Assembly (NCBI GenBank): GCA_032249735.1
Contig: JAVVHA010000001.1
Span: forward strand, 2,588-66,587
Direction of reading: 5' to 3'
From: Dehalococcoidia bacterium
GTDB taxonomy: Bacteria; Chloroflexota; Dehalococcoidia; SM23-28-2; HRBIN24
DNA length: 64,000 nucleotides
In this document: positions 7,980 to 18,531 of the stretch, piece after piece
How the letters are laid out: every line of letters starts with the position of its first letter
Position numbering within the stretch: position 1 is the first letter of the stretch
The notes under the pieces: model-generated
The model's input: the letters and a program-made list of their open reading frames with translations, nothing else
Told to the model about the DNA's origin: nothing
Database searches by the model: none
Program-made: the position numbers and the translations under genes

Positions 7980-10868
7980 TCACCTCTGGCCAACAGGGCG
8001 CACGCCGTGCTTCTCAAGGACGCGGCGGAGGTACTGGCCGGTGAGGCTCTCCTCCACCTGCGCCACCTCCTCGGGGGTGCCCTCGGCCACCACCCAGCCG
8101 CCGCGGTCGCCACCGCCGGGGCCCAGGTCGATGATGTGGTCCGCCTGCTTGATGACGTCCAGGTGGTGCTCGATGACCACCACCGTGTTGCCGGCGTCCA
8201 CCAGGCGGTGAAGGACCCTGATGAGGTTGTTTACGTCCTCGAAGGAGAGGCCGGTGGTGGGCTCGTCCAGTATGTATAGGGTCCGGCCTGTGGCGCGCCG
8301 AGAGAGCTCTGCCGCCAGCTTCACCCTCTGGGCCTCCCCACCCGAGAGGGTGGTGGCTGGCTGGCCCAGGCAGATGTACCCCAGGCCCACATCGTATAAG
8401 GTCTGCAACTTTTGGCGCACTTGGGGGAAGGCCTCGAAGAACTCCAGGGCCTCCTCCACCGTCATGTCCAGCACATCGGCGATGTTCTTGCCCCGGAAGG
8501 TTATCTCCAGGGTCTCTCGATTGTAACGCTTGCCGTGGCAGACCTCGCATGGCACTTCCACATCTGGTAGGAACTGCATCTCGATCTGGATGTAGCCCTC
8601 TCCCTGGCAGGCCTCGCACCTTCCCCCTTTGACGTTGAAGGAGAAGCGACCAGGCCTGTAGCCCCGCAGTCGGGCCTCAGGGACGGAGGCGAAAAGCTCC
8701 CTAATCGGCGTAAAGGCGCCCGTGTATGTGGCAGGGTTGGAGCGAGGGGTGCGCCCGATGGGGGACTGGTCGATGTTGATGACCTTGTCGATATGCTCCA
8801 GCCCCTCAATGGCGTCGTGGAGACCTGGGCGATCCTTGGCCCCATAGAGGACCTGGGCCGCCTTCTTGTACAGGATCTCGAACACCAGGGTCGATTTGCC
8901 CGAGCCAGATACGCCCGTTACGCATACGAACTTGCCCAGGGGTATGCGCACGGTGATGTTCTTAAGGTTGAACTCCCGCGCTCCGCGCACCACGATCTCT
9001 CTGCCGTTGCCCGGGCGGCGTCTGCTGGGGAGGGGGATCTCCTTGCGCCCGGAAAGGTAGGCCCCAGTGATGGACTGAGGGTGGGAGCAGATGTCCTCCA
9101 GGGTGCCTGTGGCCACCACATATCCTCCATGGCGGCCTGCCCCTGGCCCCAGGTCGATGATGTAGTCGGCAGCCCGGATCATGGCCTCGTCGTGCTCCAC
9201 GACGATGACCGTGTTGCCCAGGTCCCTCAGCCGCTTGAGGGTGGCGATGAGGCGGTCTTCATCGGCGGGGTGGAGGCCGATGGAGGGCTCATCGCAGACG
9301 TAGAGGACGCCCATGAGCCCGGAGCCGATCTGGGTGGCCAGGCGGATGCGCTGTGCCTCCCCCCCGGCCAGGGTGCCGGTGCGGCGGTCCAGGGTGAGGT
9401 AGTCCAGCCCCACGTCCACCAGGAAGCGAAGGCGGTTCTCAATCTCCTTCAGGATCTGCCGTGCGATGGTGCGCTCCCGCTCGGTGAGAGGGCTATCGGG
9501 GCCCTGGAGACGTTCCACCCACTGCAGGGCCTGGCGGATGTCCATGCGGGTGACCTCGTAGATGTTCATGCCGTCGACGGTGACGGCTAGGGATTCGGGG
9601 CGGAGTCGGGCGCCCTTGCAACTGGGGCAAGGGCTCTCCCGCATGTAGCGCTCGATCTCCGCCCGCACATAGTCTGACTCCGTCTCCCGATAGCGCCGCT
9701 CCAGGTTGGGGATGACTCCTTCATAGGTGGTCTCGTACACGGAGGTGCGGCCGTGCTGGTTGGTGAAGCGCACCGCTACAGGCTCAGGGGCCCCATAGAG
9801 GATGATGCGCATGTGCTGGGGCGAAAGCTCCCGCACCGGGACGTGGGGGGAGAACCCGTACTTCTCGGCTACGGCCTCGAGGAGGCGGTAGTACCACTGG
9901 GAGGTGGAGGCAGCACGGGCCCAGGGTTGGATAGCGCCCTGCGCTAAGGAGAGGTCCTTGTTGGGGATTATGAGGTCAGGGTCCAGCTCCAGGCGCATGC
10001 CCAGGCCGGAGCACTGGCGGCAGGCGCCGTGGGGGGAGTTGAAGCTGAAGTTGCGGGGCTCCAGCTCGCCCAGTGATATGCCGCAATGGACGCAAGCGAA
10101 GTGCTCCGAGAAGAGCCGCTCCTCCTCCCCCTCCACCCACACCACCACTGTGCCACCGCCCAGCTTGAGGGCTGTCTCGAGAGAGTCGGCCAGGCGGACA
10201 CGGAAGGCTTGGGCCTCCTCCCCCTCCAGAGGCTCCATCACCAGACGGTCCACTACCACCTCGATGGTGTGGTTCCGGTAGCGGTCCAGGGCAATGTCCT
10301 CGTCCAGGGATCTGATCTGGCCATCGATGCGTGCCCGCACGTACCCGGATCGTCGCAGGTCCTCCAGCACTTGCTGGTGTTCCCCTTTACGCCCCTTGAT
10401 CACGGGGGCCATGATCATGATGCGCCGCCCCACAGGTAGGGATAAAACGTTGTCCACCATCTGCTGCACCGTTTGGCGCTGGATGGGGCGGCCGCACTGG
10501 TGGCAGTGGGGATGCCCCACGCGGGCGAAGAGGAGCCGGAGATAGTCGTAGATCTCCGTCTGGGTGGCCACCGTGGAGCGGGGGTTGTGGGAGGCCCCTT
10601 TCTGGTCGATGGATATGGCTGGCGAGAGGCCATCGATGTGGTCCACGTCGGGCTTCTCCATGCGCCCCAGGAACTGGCGGGCATAGGCCGAGAGGGACTC
10701 AATGTAACGACGCTGCCCCTCGGCGTAGATGGTATCGAAGGCTAGCGAAGACTTGCCTGAGCCGGATACGCCGGTGATGACCACTAGCTTGTCCCGGGGA
10801 ATGACCACATCGATGTTCTTCAGGTTGTGCTCCCGCGCGCCGCGTACGACGATGGCCTCGAGAGGCAT
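7980..10868 (-). CDS. uvrA: Excinuclease ABC subunit A
   Basis: 962 aa; two ABC ATPase modules ([25 protein letters not shown]), zinc-finger cysteines, and a UvrA-typical N-terminus. Confidence 0.95.
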   Translation of the reverse strand: MPLEAIVVRGAREHNLKNIDVVIPRDKLVVITGVSGSGKSSLAFDTIYAEGQRRYIESLSAYARQFLGRMEKPDVDHIDGLSPAISIDQKGASHNPRSTVATQTEIYDYLRLLFARVGHPHCHQCGRPIQRQTVQQMVDNVLSLPVGRRIMIMAPVIKGRKGEHQQVLEDLRRSGYVRARIDGQIRSLDEDIALDRYRNHTIEVVVDRLVMEPLEGEEAQAFRVRLADSLETALKLGGGTVVVWVEGEEERLFSEHFACVHCGISLGELEPRNFSFNSPHGACRQCSGLGMRLELDPDLIIPNKDLSLAQGAIQPWARAASTSQWYYRLLEAVAEKYGFSPHVPVRELSPQHMRIILYGAPEPVAVRFTNQHGRTSVYETTYEGVIPNLERRYRETESDYVRAEIERYMRESPCPSCKGARLRPESLAVTVDGMNIYEVTRMDIRQALQWVERLQGPDSPLTERERTIARQILKEIENRLRFLVDVGLDYLTLDRRTGTLAGGEAQRIRLATQIGSGLMGVLYVCDEPSIGLHPADEDRLIATLKRLRDLGNTVIVVEHDEAMIRAADYIIDLGPGAGRHGGYVVATGTLEDICSHPQSITGAYLSGRKEIPLPSRRRPGNGREIVVRGAREFNLKNITVRIPLGKFVCVTGVSGSGKSTLVFEILYKKAAQVLYGAKDRPGLHDAIEGLEHIDKVINIDQSPIGRTPRSNPATYTGAFTPIRELFASVPEARLRGYRPGRFSFNVKGGRCEACQGEGYIQIEMQFLPDVEVPCEVCHGKRYNRETLEITFRGKNIADVLDMTVEEALEFFEAFPQVRQKLQTLYDVGLGYICLGQPATTLSGGEAQRVKLAAELSRRATGRTLYILDEPTTGLSFEDVNNLIRVLHRLVDAGNTVVVIEHHLDVIKQADHIIDLGPGGGDRGGWVVAEGTPEEVAQVEESLTGQYLRRVLEKHGVRPVGQR

Positions 10869-10909
10869 GGCCCAGCTCTCCCAGCTTATCTATCCATTTT
10901 ATACCGGCA

Positions 10910-12040
10910 TCAACTCGACATAAAGGATATGGGGTCCTCCTGAAGCATGAGGTGCAGGTCTTGAGGCCTGATGCTCATCTCGATGTCCTTGCGGAGGTGA
11001 AGACCGAGGCGGAGGTAGGCGTGGCCGTGGAGCTGAATATAAACCTGCTGCGGCCCAGGGGGTTCGGCCAGGGCGACTGTGAGGGTATAACCTTCGGGGT
11101 CCATGGCCTCATGTACGATGCGGCCACAGAGGACGTTGGGTCGGCCGGAGAAGTCGTCCTCTGGCCGCCTGATCATGACCTGTGTAGGCCGCACGCAGAC
11201 GTCCACGGGCTGGCCGGGCTGGAGGATCAGCTGGGGAGGTCGCAGAGCCCGCAGGAGGCGCCCCTGCCAATCGAGGACAACCATATCCCCGTCAAAGGCC
11301 ACAACACGGGCCTGCCAGATATTGCGCATCAACACCATCTGGGCCACCCGCCGGTTGCGGGGATGGTAGAAGACCTCCTCCCGCGTCCCTGCCTGCAGCA
11401 CCCGTCCCCTGTCCATGACGATGACCCTCTGGGCAAGGTGAAAGGCGTCCGAAAGGTCATGGGTGACCAGGAGCACCGGCACGCCCAAGCGGGCGGGCAA
11501 GCGGGCCACCTCCTCCCCCAGCTCGCGACGCAGCGCCTGATCCAAGGCGCTGAAGGGCTCGTCTAGCAGAAGGATACGGGGCCCAGCGACGAGGGCACGA
11601 GCGAGGGCCACCCGCTGTTGCTGGCCGCCCGAGAGCTGGTGGGGACGACGTCCCTCCAGGCCCTGCAAGCCCATAAGGTCCACCATGCGGGCTATCATAT
11701 CCTCCCTCTCCCGCTTGGGCAGCCGATGGAGGCCATAAGCGATGTTCTGGGCCACCGTCATATGGGGGAAGAGGGCATATCCCTGGGGTACATATCCCAC
11801 GCGACGCCTTTGTGGTGGCAGGTCGATGCCAGCTGTGGAGTCGAATAGGATCTGCCCCTCCAACAGGATGCGCCCATGAAGGGGGCGCAGGAGGCCAGCG
11901 ATGGCCCGCAGGGTCAAGGTCTTGCCTGCCCCCGAGGGGCCAAATAGGGCTGCCAGCTCCCGGCCCACCTGGAACGATACGTCTAGCTTGAAGCCTGGCA
12001 GACGATGGACTATATGGACGTCCAGGGCAGGCGCGGCCAT
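10910..12040 (-). CDS. modC: Molybdate ABC transporter ATP-binding protein ModC (with C-terminal TOBE domain)
   Basis: Walker A GPSGAGKT, signature [15 protein letters not shown], Walker B LLLDEP; the C-terminal part is a TOBE-like domain. The start is placed at MAAPALDVH, just after the modB stop. Confidence 0.8.
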   Translation of the reverse strand: MAAPALDVHIVHRLPGFKLDVSFQVGRELAALFGPSGAGKTLTLRAIAGLLRPLHGRILLEGQILFDSTAGIDLPPQRRRVGYVPQGYALFPHMTVAQNIAYGLHRLPKREREDMIARMVDLMGLQGLEGRRPHQLSGGQQQRVALARALVAGPRILLLDEPFSALDQALRRELGEEVARLPARLGVPVLLVTHDLSDAFHLAQRVIVMDRGRVLQAGTREEVFYHPRNRRVAQMVLMRNIWQARVVAFDGDMVVLDWQGRLLRALRPPQLILQPGQPVDVCVRPTQVMIRRPEDDFSGRPNVLCGRIVHEAMDPEGYTLTVALAEPPGPQQVYIQLHGHAYLRLGLHLRKDIEMSIRPQDLHLMLQEDPISFMSS

Positions 12041-12041
12041 A

Positions 12042-12704
12042 TCAACGCCTGAGGAAGGTGGTAAGGGCGGCGAAGATGCTGAGGCTGGCCAGGGATATGC
12101 CCAGAAGGGCCAACGCGGTGGCGTTGGCCCGGCCCAGGTCGCCAGCCTGTATCGCATCGTACACCGATACGGCCATGGTACGGGTGCGCCCCGGAATGGC
12201 CCCTGCCACCATCACCGTGGCCCCGAACTCTCCCACCGCCTTGGCGAAGGCCAACACGACCCCTGCCCAAAGGTTACGGGCAGCGATGGGAAGGGTGATG
12301 GTGAGGAAGACGGAGAGGCGCGAGCGCCCCAAGGTGGCAGCGACTCGCTCCAGCTCCTGGTCCACGCTGGCGAAGCCGGCCTGGGCGGGGATGATAAAAA
12401 GGGGGGCTGCCAACACAGCTGCCGCCACCACCGCCCCTTGCCAGGTGAAGACCAGCTCAAGGCCTATTCTGTCCAGGAGCCGGCCAAAGGGGCTCCCATG
12501 CCCCAGCCCCCGCAATAGGTAATACCCTACCACCGTGGCGGGCAGAGCGATGGGTGCCGTCACCAAGAGGCTCAGGAGCCCTTGCCCGGGGAAGCGGTAG
12601 CGGGCCAAGACCCAGGCCAGGGGCCCGCCCACCACCAAGCATATGAGGGTGGCCACTGTCGCCACCTGCAGGGTGATGCGCACGTCGTCAGGATATATGG
12701 CCAT
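12042..12704 (-). CDS. modB: Molybdate ABC transporter permease ModB
   Basis: 220 aa polytopic membrane protein with an ABC permease EAA-like loop; located between modA and modC. Confidence 0.8.
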   Translation of the reverse strand: MAIYPDDVRITLQVATVATLICLVVGGPLAWVLARYRFPGQGLLSLLVTAPIALPATVVGYYLLRGLGHGSPFGRLLDRIGLELVFTWQGAVVAAAVLAAPLFIIPAQAGFASVDQELERVAATLGRSRLSVFLTITLPIAARNLWAGVVLAFAKAVGEFGATVMVAGAIPGRTRTMAVSVYDAIQAGDLGRANATALALLGISLASLSIFAALTTFLRR

Positions 12705-12708
12705 GGGC

Positions 12709-13560
12709 TCAACCTCCCTCGGGGATGATGAAACCGTACTTCCGCAATACCTCTCTACCGTGGGGCCCTGTCAGGAAGTCAAGGAAGCGCCGTCCTAGCT
12801 CTGGAGAGGGGGCATGGGCCAAGACCGCTGCCTTTTGGGACAGTGGGGAATAGTGTTGGGGCGGCAAGGATGTCCACGCCAGCCGATCACCACTGGCAAT
12901 GGCCGAGGAAAGAGGTATGATGCCGGCTTGGGCGTCGCCCGTCTTCACCAGCTGGGTGGCGTGGGAGGCGCTCTCCGCCAGCACGATACGCGGCTGCACC
13001 ACCTCCCAGAGGCCGGCGTTCTGCAGGGCCTCCTGGGCAGCACGGCCGTAGGGAGCATACTCAGGATTAGCGATGACAATGCGGTTGAAGCGTGGGGCTG
13101 TGAGCTCATCCAGGGTCTTGGGGGCGGGTTCTCCACCCTTGGGCACTGCCAAGGCCAGCAAGCCCAGGGCGTAGACGCGTTCCGTCCCTCTGTGCGTGTA
13201 GCCGTCCTTGGTCAGAGCGTCTACGTAGGAGGCATCGGCGGAGAGGAAGACGTCGGCCGGAAGGCGTTGCCTTATCTGGTAGACAAGGGTACCTGAGGAG
13301 CCGAAGGTGACGCGGACACGGCATCCGCATTCCTGCTGGAAGATGGCTACTAGCTCGTCCATCGCGGGAAGGAGGTCGCTGGCGGCTGCCACCACCAAGG
13401 TGGGCTCATCGGAGGAGCAGGCGGCAGCGAGCAGCATGAGCAGGAGACCCCAACGAAGGATGCCTAGGAGGGCCTGGCCTATCACCTCATGGTTTATGAT
13501 ACGGTGGCGTGGGGAGTGGCAAAATGGTGCTTTGGCCCATGCCATCAGGGTTGTTATCAT
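12709..13560 (-). CDS. modA: Molybdate-binding periplasmic/lipoprotein ModA
   Basis: 283 aa; a signal peptide with a lipobox-like LLAAACSS, and VRVTFGSSGTLVYQI typical of ModA. Confidence 0.75.
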   Translation of the reverse strand: MITTLMAWAKAPFCHSPRHRIINHEVIGQALLGILRWGLLLMLLAAACSSDEPTLVVAAASDLLPAMDELVAIFQQECGCRVRVTFGSSGTLVYQIRQRLPADVFLSADASYVDALTKDGYTHRGTERVYALGLLALAVPKGGEPAPKTLDELTAPRFNRIVIANPEYAPYGRAAQEALQNAGLWEVVQPRIVLAESASHATQLVKTGDAQAGIIPLSSAIASGDRLAWTSLPPQHYSPLSQKAAVLAHAPSPELGRRFLDFLTGPHGREVLRKYGFIIPEGG

Positions 13561-13591
13561 GGAATGAGTGGGGAATTGTGAGGGATAGAGC

Positions 13592-14332
13592 TTGATATTC
13601 GTCTACAGCGACCTTTTGCGCATTGACCCCTTAGCTTTCGTGGTGTTCTTCGGGGCAGTGGTGGTGGCCCTCTTGGTGGGAATATCTTTCCATGAATTCT
13701 CCCACGCCTACGTGGCTGATGCCTTAGGCGACCCCACCCCCCGCTGGGCGGGGCGTGTCTCCCTCAACCCCCTGGCCCATCTAGACCCCGTGGGCACCCT
13801 TCTGCTGTTCCTGGTGGGGTTCGGATGGGGAAGGCCAGTGCCTGTGGACACTCGGCACCTGCGCAACGGCGAGAAGGTGGGCATGGCCATGGTGGCCGCT
13901 GCTGGCCCCTTATCCAACTACTTGATGGCCGGGCTGGTGGGGCTACCCCTCAAGTTCGGGTGGGTGCCGTGGCTGCCAGCCCTAGAACCCGATGCCATCG
14001 ATGCCTTCGTCAGGGGCTCCTGGAGTGGTGAGTCGTATGTAGGACTCTTCCTTAGCACCATCGCCCTGGTGAGCATCATATTGGGGACCTTCAACTTGCT
14101 CCCCCTCTTTCCTCTGGACGGTCACAGGGTGGTGCCCGCCTTCCTTACGGAGAGGGCGGCGCGCACGTACAACCATCTGCAGACGCAGTACGGGATGTTG
14201 GTGTTGTTCCTGCTCATGGTGCTGCCGTTGCTAACTGGTGGGCGGTTTGGGCCCTTGTTCACCGTCATGCGCCCCATCATCAACTTCCTCGCCCGCGTAT
14301 TCACAGGCATCGACTACGATGTCTTTGGTTAG
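13592..14332 (+). CDS. M50-family (site-2 protease-like) membrane metalloprotease
   Basis: 246 aa polytopic protein with HEFSHAYV, an HExxH motif, in the first transmembrane region. Confidence 0.7.
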   Translation: MIFVYSDLLRIDPLAFVVFFGAVVVALLVGISFHEFSHAYVADALGDPTPRWAGRVSLNPLAHLDPVGTLLLFLVGFGWGRPVPVDTRHLRNGEKVGMAMVAAAGPLSNYLMAGLVGLPLKFGWVPWLPALEPDAIDAFVRGSWSGESYVGLFLSTIALVSIILGTFNLLPLFPLDGHRVVPAFLTERAARTYNHLQTQYGMLVLFLLMVLPLLTGGRFGPLFTVMRPIINFLARVFTGIDYDVFG

Positions 14333-14813
14333 CAAGGCCCTTAGGCGCATGGCCTACCGGGCCCGGCAGGTCTTCCTGTCTTGGCGCTCGCCGTTGAGGG
14401 AGGAGGAGCTGGCGGAAGCCCGCCGCCTTCTGGGCCCTCTCTTCCCCCTATTTGAGGGGATGAGCCGCCGCGACCGGCGCCACTGCCTGGATGTGTACCA
14501 GCGCCTGCGGGCGTGGGGGGTCGAGGATCGGCACCTCCTGATGGCCGCCCTCTTGCACGATGTGGGCAAGGGCCGGGAGGTGCGATTGTGGCACCGTGTG
14601 GCCTTTGTAATGCTGCAAAGTTTGGCCCCAGCCCTGTTGGCCCGCGCCAGGGGTGGCCTGGCCTACCTACGTGACCATCCACGGCTGGGAGCCGACCTGC
14701 TAAGGGCCTATGGGGCCCCCCAGCCCGTTATATACCTTGTCCTCCACCATGAGGATGTGTGGCAAGAAGATACGGCCCTGGCTCTTTTGCAAAAATCGGA
14801 TGATTCATGCTAA
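14319..14813 (+). CDS. HD-domain phosphohydrolase
   Basis: LLHDVGKG, an H..HD.GK motif, is present. The start codon is uncertain: ATG 14319 or 14349. Confidence 0.55.
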   Translation: MSLVSKALRRMAYRARQVFLSWRSPLREEELAEARRLLGPLFPLFEGMSRRDRRHCLDVYQRLRAWGVEDRHLLMAALLHDVGKGREVRLWHRVAFVMLQSLAPALLARARGGLAYLRDHPRLGADLLRAYGAPQPVIYLVLHHEDVWQEDTALALLQKSDDSC

Positions 14814-14817
14814 TCTC

Positions 14818-15918
14818 ATGAATGTCATGGCCAAGGGACGCCAAAAGGTGGCTATCATTGGCTTAGGCCTCATCGGGGGTTCCCTAGGACTTGCCCTAAA
14901 GAGGGCCAAGGTGTCTGGTCTGGAGGTGGTGGGCTACGACGTGCGGCGGGAGGTGCGAGGCAAGGCCCGCCGCCGGGAGGCGGTGGACAGGGAGGCATCC
15001 TCCCCGGAGGAGGCGGTGCGAGGTGCGGCACTGGTGGTCCTGGCCACCCCCATCATGGCCCTGCCGGGGGTGATGGAGGCCATTGCCCCCCATCTGGCGC
15101 AGGGGGCAGTGGTGACCGACACGGCCAGCACCAAGGCCCAAGTGATGGAGTGGGCCCGCCGCCTCTTGCCTCGGCATGTGGGTTTCGTGGGGGGGCACCC
15201 CATGGCTGGCAAGGAGGCCCAAGGCATAGACCACGCCCAGGCCGACCTGTTCCAGGGCCGTGCCTATTGCATCTGCCCCGACCCCACTGCGCCACCAGAG
15301 GCTGTGGCCTTAACGGTGTCCATGGTGCGGACGGTGGGCGCGCGGCCCCTCTTTATAGATCCCCAAGAGCACGATGTCTTAGTAGCGGCCATCAGCCACG
15401 TGCCCCTCATCGCCTCGGTGGCCCTGTTCCGCATGGTGCGGAACAGCCCGGCCTGGCCAGACCTGGCCTCCCTGGCGGCGTCCGGGTTCCGCGATGTCAC
15501 CCGCCTGGCCTCAGGCGATCCCCAAATGGGCCATGACATCTGTCTCACCAATCGAGACGCCATCCTACACTGGCTGGACCGGCTGGTGGAGGAGCTTTCC
15601 CATCTACGAGATATGGTGGCCCATGACCCGGAGGCTCTGCTCCAGACTTTCGCCCGCACCAAGCTGGAGCGGGACGACTTCATAGCTGGGAAGGTGGGAG
15701 GAGAAGGGGCCCCTCAGCTACCTATGCCCGATTTCAAAGAGTCCTTAGCGGACTTTCTGGTGGGAAGGGCCATGCGGCAGCGCCTACAGCACTTGGCCCA
15801 GGCAGCCCAGCATGCGGCCGCTGGCGACAGGGCGGAGGCCCTAACTCGCGTCCTTGCCCAGCGTCTGGAGGCAGACGTCCGGCGCTCTCTGGAAGAGAAG
15901 AGGGCAAAGGAGGGGTGA
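14818..15918 (+). CDS. tyrA: Prephenate/arogenate dehydrogenase
   Basis: Rossmann motif KVAIIGLGLIGGSLGLAL, followed by the prephenate dehydrogenase catalytic and dimerisation region. Confidence 0.8.
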   Translation: MNVMAKGRQKVAIIGLGLIGGSLGLALKRAKVSGLEVVGYDVRREVRGKARRREAVDREASSPEEAVRGAALVVLATPIMALPGVMEAIAPHLAQGAVVTDTASTKAQVMEWARRLLPRHVGFVGGHPMAGKEAQGIDHAQADLFQGRAYCICPDPTAPPEAVALTVSMVRTVGARPLFIDPQEHDVLVAAISHVPLIASVALFRMVRNSPAWPDLASLAASGFRDVTRLASGDPQMGHDICLTNRDAILHWLDRLVEELSHLRDMVAHDPEALLQTFARTKLERDDFIAGKVGGEGAPQLPMPDFKESLADFLVGRAMRQRLQHLAQAAQHAAAGDRAEALTRVLAQRLEADVRRSLEEKRAKEG

Positions 15919-17210
15919 AGGTGCAGGAGGTGGTGCGCCCCCCAAGGCGCCTTTCTGGCATCGTGGTGCCACCTGGGGACAAGTCCATCTCCCACCGCGG
16001 GGCCATACTAGGGGCCGTAGCCCAGGGCGTCTCCTATTTGGAGAATTTCCAGAGGGGAGCTGACTGCCTGGCCACCTTACGCTGCCTGCGTCTTCTCGGA
16101 GTTCCTTGGCGCTGGGAGGATGGGTCCACCCTAGTGGTGGAGGGGGTGGGTCTGGGAGGCCTGCGGGAGCCGCCACAGGTGCTAGACTGCCGCAACTCGG
16201 GCACCACCATGCGGCTGCTGGCCGGCCTTTTGGCCTCCCAACCCTTCCTTTCCGTCCTTACTGGCGACCAGTCGTTAAGGCGCCGGCCCATGGGGAGGGT
16301 GGTGGAGCCCCTGAGGCGCATGGGTGCTGAGGTCTGGGGGCGGGCTGGGGGAGCGTTGGCCCCCTTGGTCATCAGGGGAGGGGCGCTGCGGGGTATGGAG
16401 CACCACCTGCATGTGGCCTCGGCCCAGGTCAAGTCGGCCATCTTGTTGGCTGGCCTTTACGCTGAGGGGGAGACGATGGTCTGGGAGCCCGCTCCGTCTC
16501 GCGACCACACAGAGCGGATGCTTGGTGTCATGGGGGCCCCCATCCGCCTGTTGGAGGGCGGGGTGGCCATATGCCAAGCTTCTGGGCTACGCCCCCTGCG
16601 GTTGCGCATCCCTGGAGACTTCTCTGCCGCTGCCTTCTTCCTGGTGGCTGCTCTCGTCCATCCCGATGCCCAGGTGCGGCTGGAGGGGGTGGGTCTGAAC
16701 CCCACCCGCACCGGTCTTCTGGAGGTGCTCGCCCAGATGGGGGCGCAAATACAGGTGGAGAATGTGCGGGAATGGGGCCCAGAGCCGGTAGCCGACCTGG
16801 TGGCCTCCTCCTCGCGCCTGGAGGCGGTGCAGGTGGAGGGGGATATGGTCCCCCGCATGATCGACGAGGTGCCCTTGCTGGCAGTGGCCGCCTGTTTCGC
16901 TCATGGAGAGACGGTCATCCGAGGGGCGCAGGAGCTGCGGACCAAGGAGAGCGACCGGCTGCAAGCCATGGCCCGGGAGTTGCGTCGCATGGGGGCCCGG
17001 GTGGAGGAGCTGCCCGATGGCCTGCGCATCTGGGGGCCTGCCCGGCTGCAGGGGGCAGCCGTGGACAGCCACGGCGACCACCGCCTGGCCATGGCCCTGG
17101 CCGTGGCCGCCCTGGCAGCTCGCGGGGAGACCGTCATCAGAAATGCCCAGTCGGTCTTGGTATCATATCCCAATTTTTGGGATGATCTGCGAGCGGTGGC
17201 ACGCATATAA
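15915..17210 (+). CDS. aroA: 3-phosphoshikimate 1-carboxyvinyltransferase (EPSP synthase)
   Basis: 431 aa; VPPGDKSISHRGAILGA and LGLR..PLRRMGA are AroA signatures. Confidence 0.9.
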   Translation: MKVQEVVRPPRRLSGIVVPPGDKSISHRGAILGAVAQGVSYLENFQRGADCLATLRCLRLLGVPWRWEDGSTLVVEGVGLGGLREPPQVLDCRNSGTTMRLLAGLLASQPFLSVLTGDQSLRRRPMGRVVEPLRRMGAEVWGRAGGALAPLVIRGGALRGMEHHLHVASAQVKSAILLAGLYAEGETMVWEPAPSRDHTERMLGVMGAPIRLLEGGVAICQASGLRPLRLRIPGDFSAAAFFLVAALVHPDAQVRLEGVGLNPTRTGLLEVLAQMGAQIQVENVREWGPEPVADLVASSSRLEAVQVEGDMVPRMIDEVPLLAVAACFAHGETVIRGAQELRTKESDRLQAMARELRRMGARVEELPDGLRIWGPARLQGAAVDSHGDHRLAMALAVAALAARGETVIRNAQSVLVSYPNFWDDLRAVARI

Positions 17211-17329
17211 TAGTAGACGCTTAGTAAGCTGTGATGAGAAACTTCTGACGACCAGGAGGCGTCCAACCTCATGGGAGGAGATGATAGGTGCTGGCATAAG
17301 GCTAGTCGAGGGATGAAGGAGGGGGAACT

Positions 17330-17626
17330 ATGGCCACGGAGCTGGTGCATGTAGGGTTCGGCAACTACATCGCCATCAATCGGGCGGTAGCGGTGGTGGT
17401 CCCTACATCTGCGCCCATCCAGCGGCTGGTACGAGAAGGGAAGAAGAAGGGCATCATTCGGGACATGACCCAAGGCCGCCGCACCAAGTCCGTCATCTTC
17501 ATGGATGATGGGTCCATCGTGCTGGCGGCCATCACCCCCGAGGCCATATACGGGCGGGCCATGCGAACCGGTGCGGAGGGGGCGCAGGGGCAAGGGGGAA
17601 GTCGCAGGCGGGGACGTCGTGGCTAG
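17330..17626 (+). CDS. remA: RemA/DUF370-family protein (copy 1, with basic Gly/Arg-rich tail)
   Basis: ELVHVGFGNYIAINRAVAVVVP...GRRTKSVIFMDDGSIVLAAITPE matches the RemA (YlzA) family; an SD (GAAGGAGGGGG) lies upstream. Confidence 0.7.
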   Translation: MATELVHVGFGNYIAINRAVAVVVPTSAPIQRLVREGKKKGIIRDMTQGRRTKSVIFMDDGSIVLAAITPEAIYGRAMRTGAEGAQGQGGSRRRGRRG

Positions 17627-17864
17627 GCTGGTGCAGGTGGGTCTTGGCAACTACGTGGCGGCTGAGCGCGTGTTAGGCTGCCAGCCCTATGCGGATGTGG
17701 CCGTGCAGAGGCTGGTTCGTGCTGCCCGCCGCCATGGCCTCCTGTTGGACCTGACGGCGGGGCGCCGCACCCGTTCCGTCCTCTTCCTCGATAGCGGCCA
17801 TCTAGTGCTATCGGCCATCGCTGTGGACACCTTGGATCAGCGTCTGCGTGCAGCCCGCCAGTGA
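17619..17864 (+). CDS. RemA/DUF370-family protein (copy 2)
   Basis: A GTG start overlaps the copy-1 stop. LVQVGLGNYVAAERV...GRRTRSVLFLDSGHLVLSAIAVDT is a second, diverged RemA domain. Confidence 0.6.
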   Translation: MARLVQVGLGNYVAAERVLGCQPYADVAVQRLVRAARRHGLLLDLTAGRRTRSVLFLDSGHLVLSAIAVDTLDQRLRAARQ

Positions 17865-18448
17865 TACCCCTTCTGGTGGTCATCACCGGCCCATCAGGGG
17901 TGGGCAAGGACACCCTGGTAAGGGAGCTTAAGCGCAAGCTAGGGGACTCCCTGCATGTGGCCGTGACGGCCACTACCCGCCCCCCGCGTCCGGGCGAGAG
18001 GCATGGCGTCCATTATTACTTCCTCTCCCAAGGGGAGTTCGAAGACCTCATAAGGCAGGGGGGGCTGCTGGAGCATGCCACGGTATATGGCCATCGTTAC
18101 GGCGTTCCCAAGGCCCCTTTGCGGGAGGCCCTGAGCCAGGGGAAGGACGTGGTGGTACGGGTGGATGTCCAAGGCGGCCAGTTCATCAAGTCCCATTATC
18201 CAGAGGCGGTGACCATCTTTCTCCTGCCCCCCTCAGAGGAGGAGCTGGCCCGCAGGCTGAGGGGCCGTGGCCAGGACGACCCCCAGCAGGTGGCGCTGCG
18301 GCTATTGGTGGCCCAGGAGGAGATGGCGCAGGCCCAGCAGTTTGACTATCAGGTGGTCAACGACCAGCTGGAAGAGGCCGTAGAAGCCGTCCTTGCCATC
18401 ATGGCCAGGGAGCGGGCCAAGCCAGGACGCCGGCCGCCTTCCCTCTGA
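17861..18448 (+). CDS. gmk: Guanylate kinase
   Basis: ITGPSGVGKDTL P-loop plus the GMP-binding region; remA-gmk synteny as in Firmicutes. Confidence 0.9.
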   Translation: MIPLLVVITGPSGVGKDTLVRELKRKLGDSLHVAVTATTRPPRPGERHGVHYYFLSQGEFEDLIRQGGLLEHATVYGHRYGVPKAPLREALSQGKDVVVRVDVQGGQFIKSHYPEAVTIFLLPPSEEELARRLRGRGQDDPQQVALRLLVAQEEMAQAQQFDYQVVNDQLEEAVEAVLAIMARERAKPGRRPPSL

Positions 18449-18473
18449 ACCTGACCCCCTTAGGGTCAATGGG

Positions 18474-18501
18474 TTGACTCCCCGTGCATGCCCCTTATAA
18501 T
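18474..18501 (+). promoter_or_regulatory. Near-consensus sigma-70 promoter (TTGACT-16nt-TATAAT) upstream of nurA
   Basis: gggTTGACTccccgtgcatgcccctTATAATtggg. An AT-rich consensus element like this is conspicuous in a high-GC genome. The nurA ATG lies about 30 nt downstream. Confidence 0.45.
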
Positions 18502-18531
18502 TGGGAGCAAAAGTAGAGCGCCTGTTCGACT

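Noticed and set aside
7270-7983. Long alternative-frame ORFs across the window (e.g. 7270-7983, 3017-3517, 6403-7095, 8014-8619, 44203-44802, 46591-47244) with Pro/Arg/Gly/Ala-rich translations
   Set aside because: They overlap well-supported genes in other frames or strands. Their low-complexity composition is what random open frames in GC-rich DNA produce. No motifs were seen.
13561-13591. Molybdenum-cofactor riboswitch upstream of modA
   Set aside because: The intergenic region on the modA 5' side is about 30 nt, too short for the Moco RNA motif.
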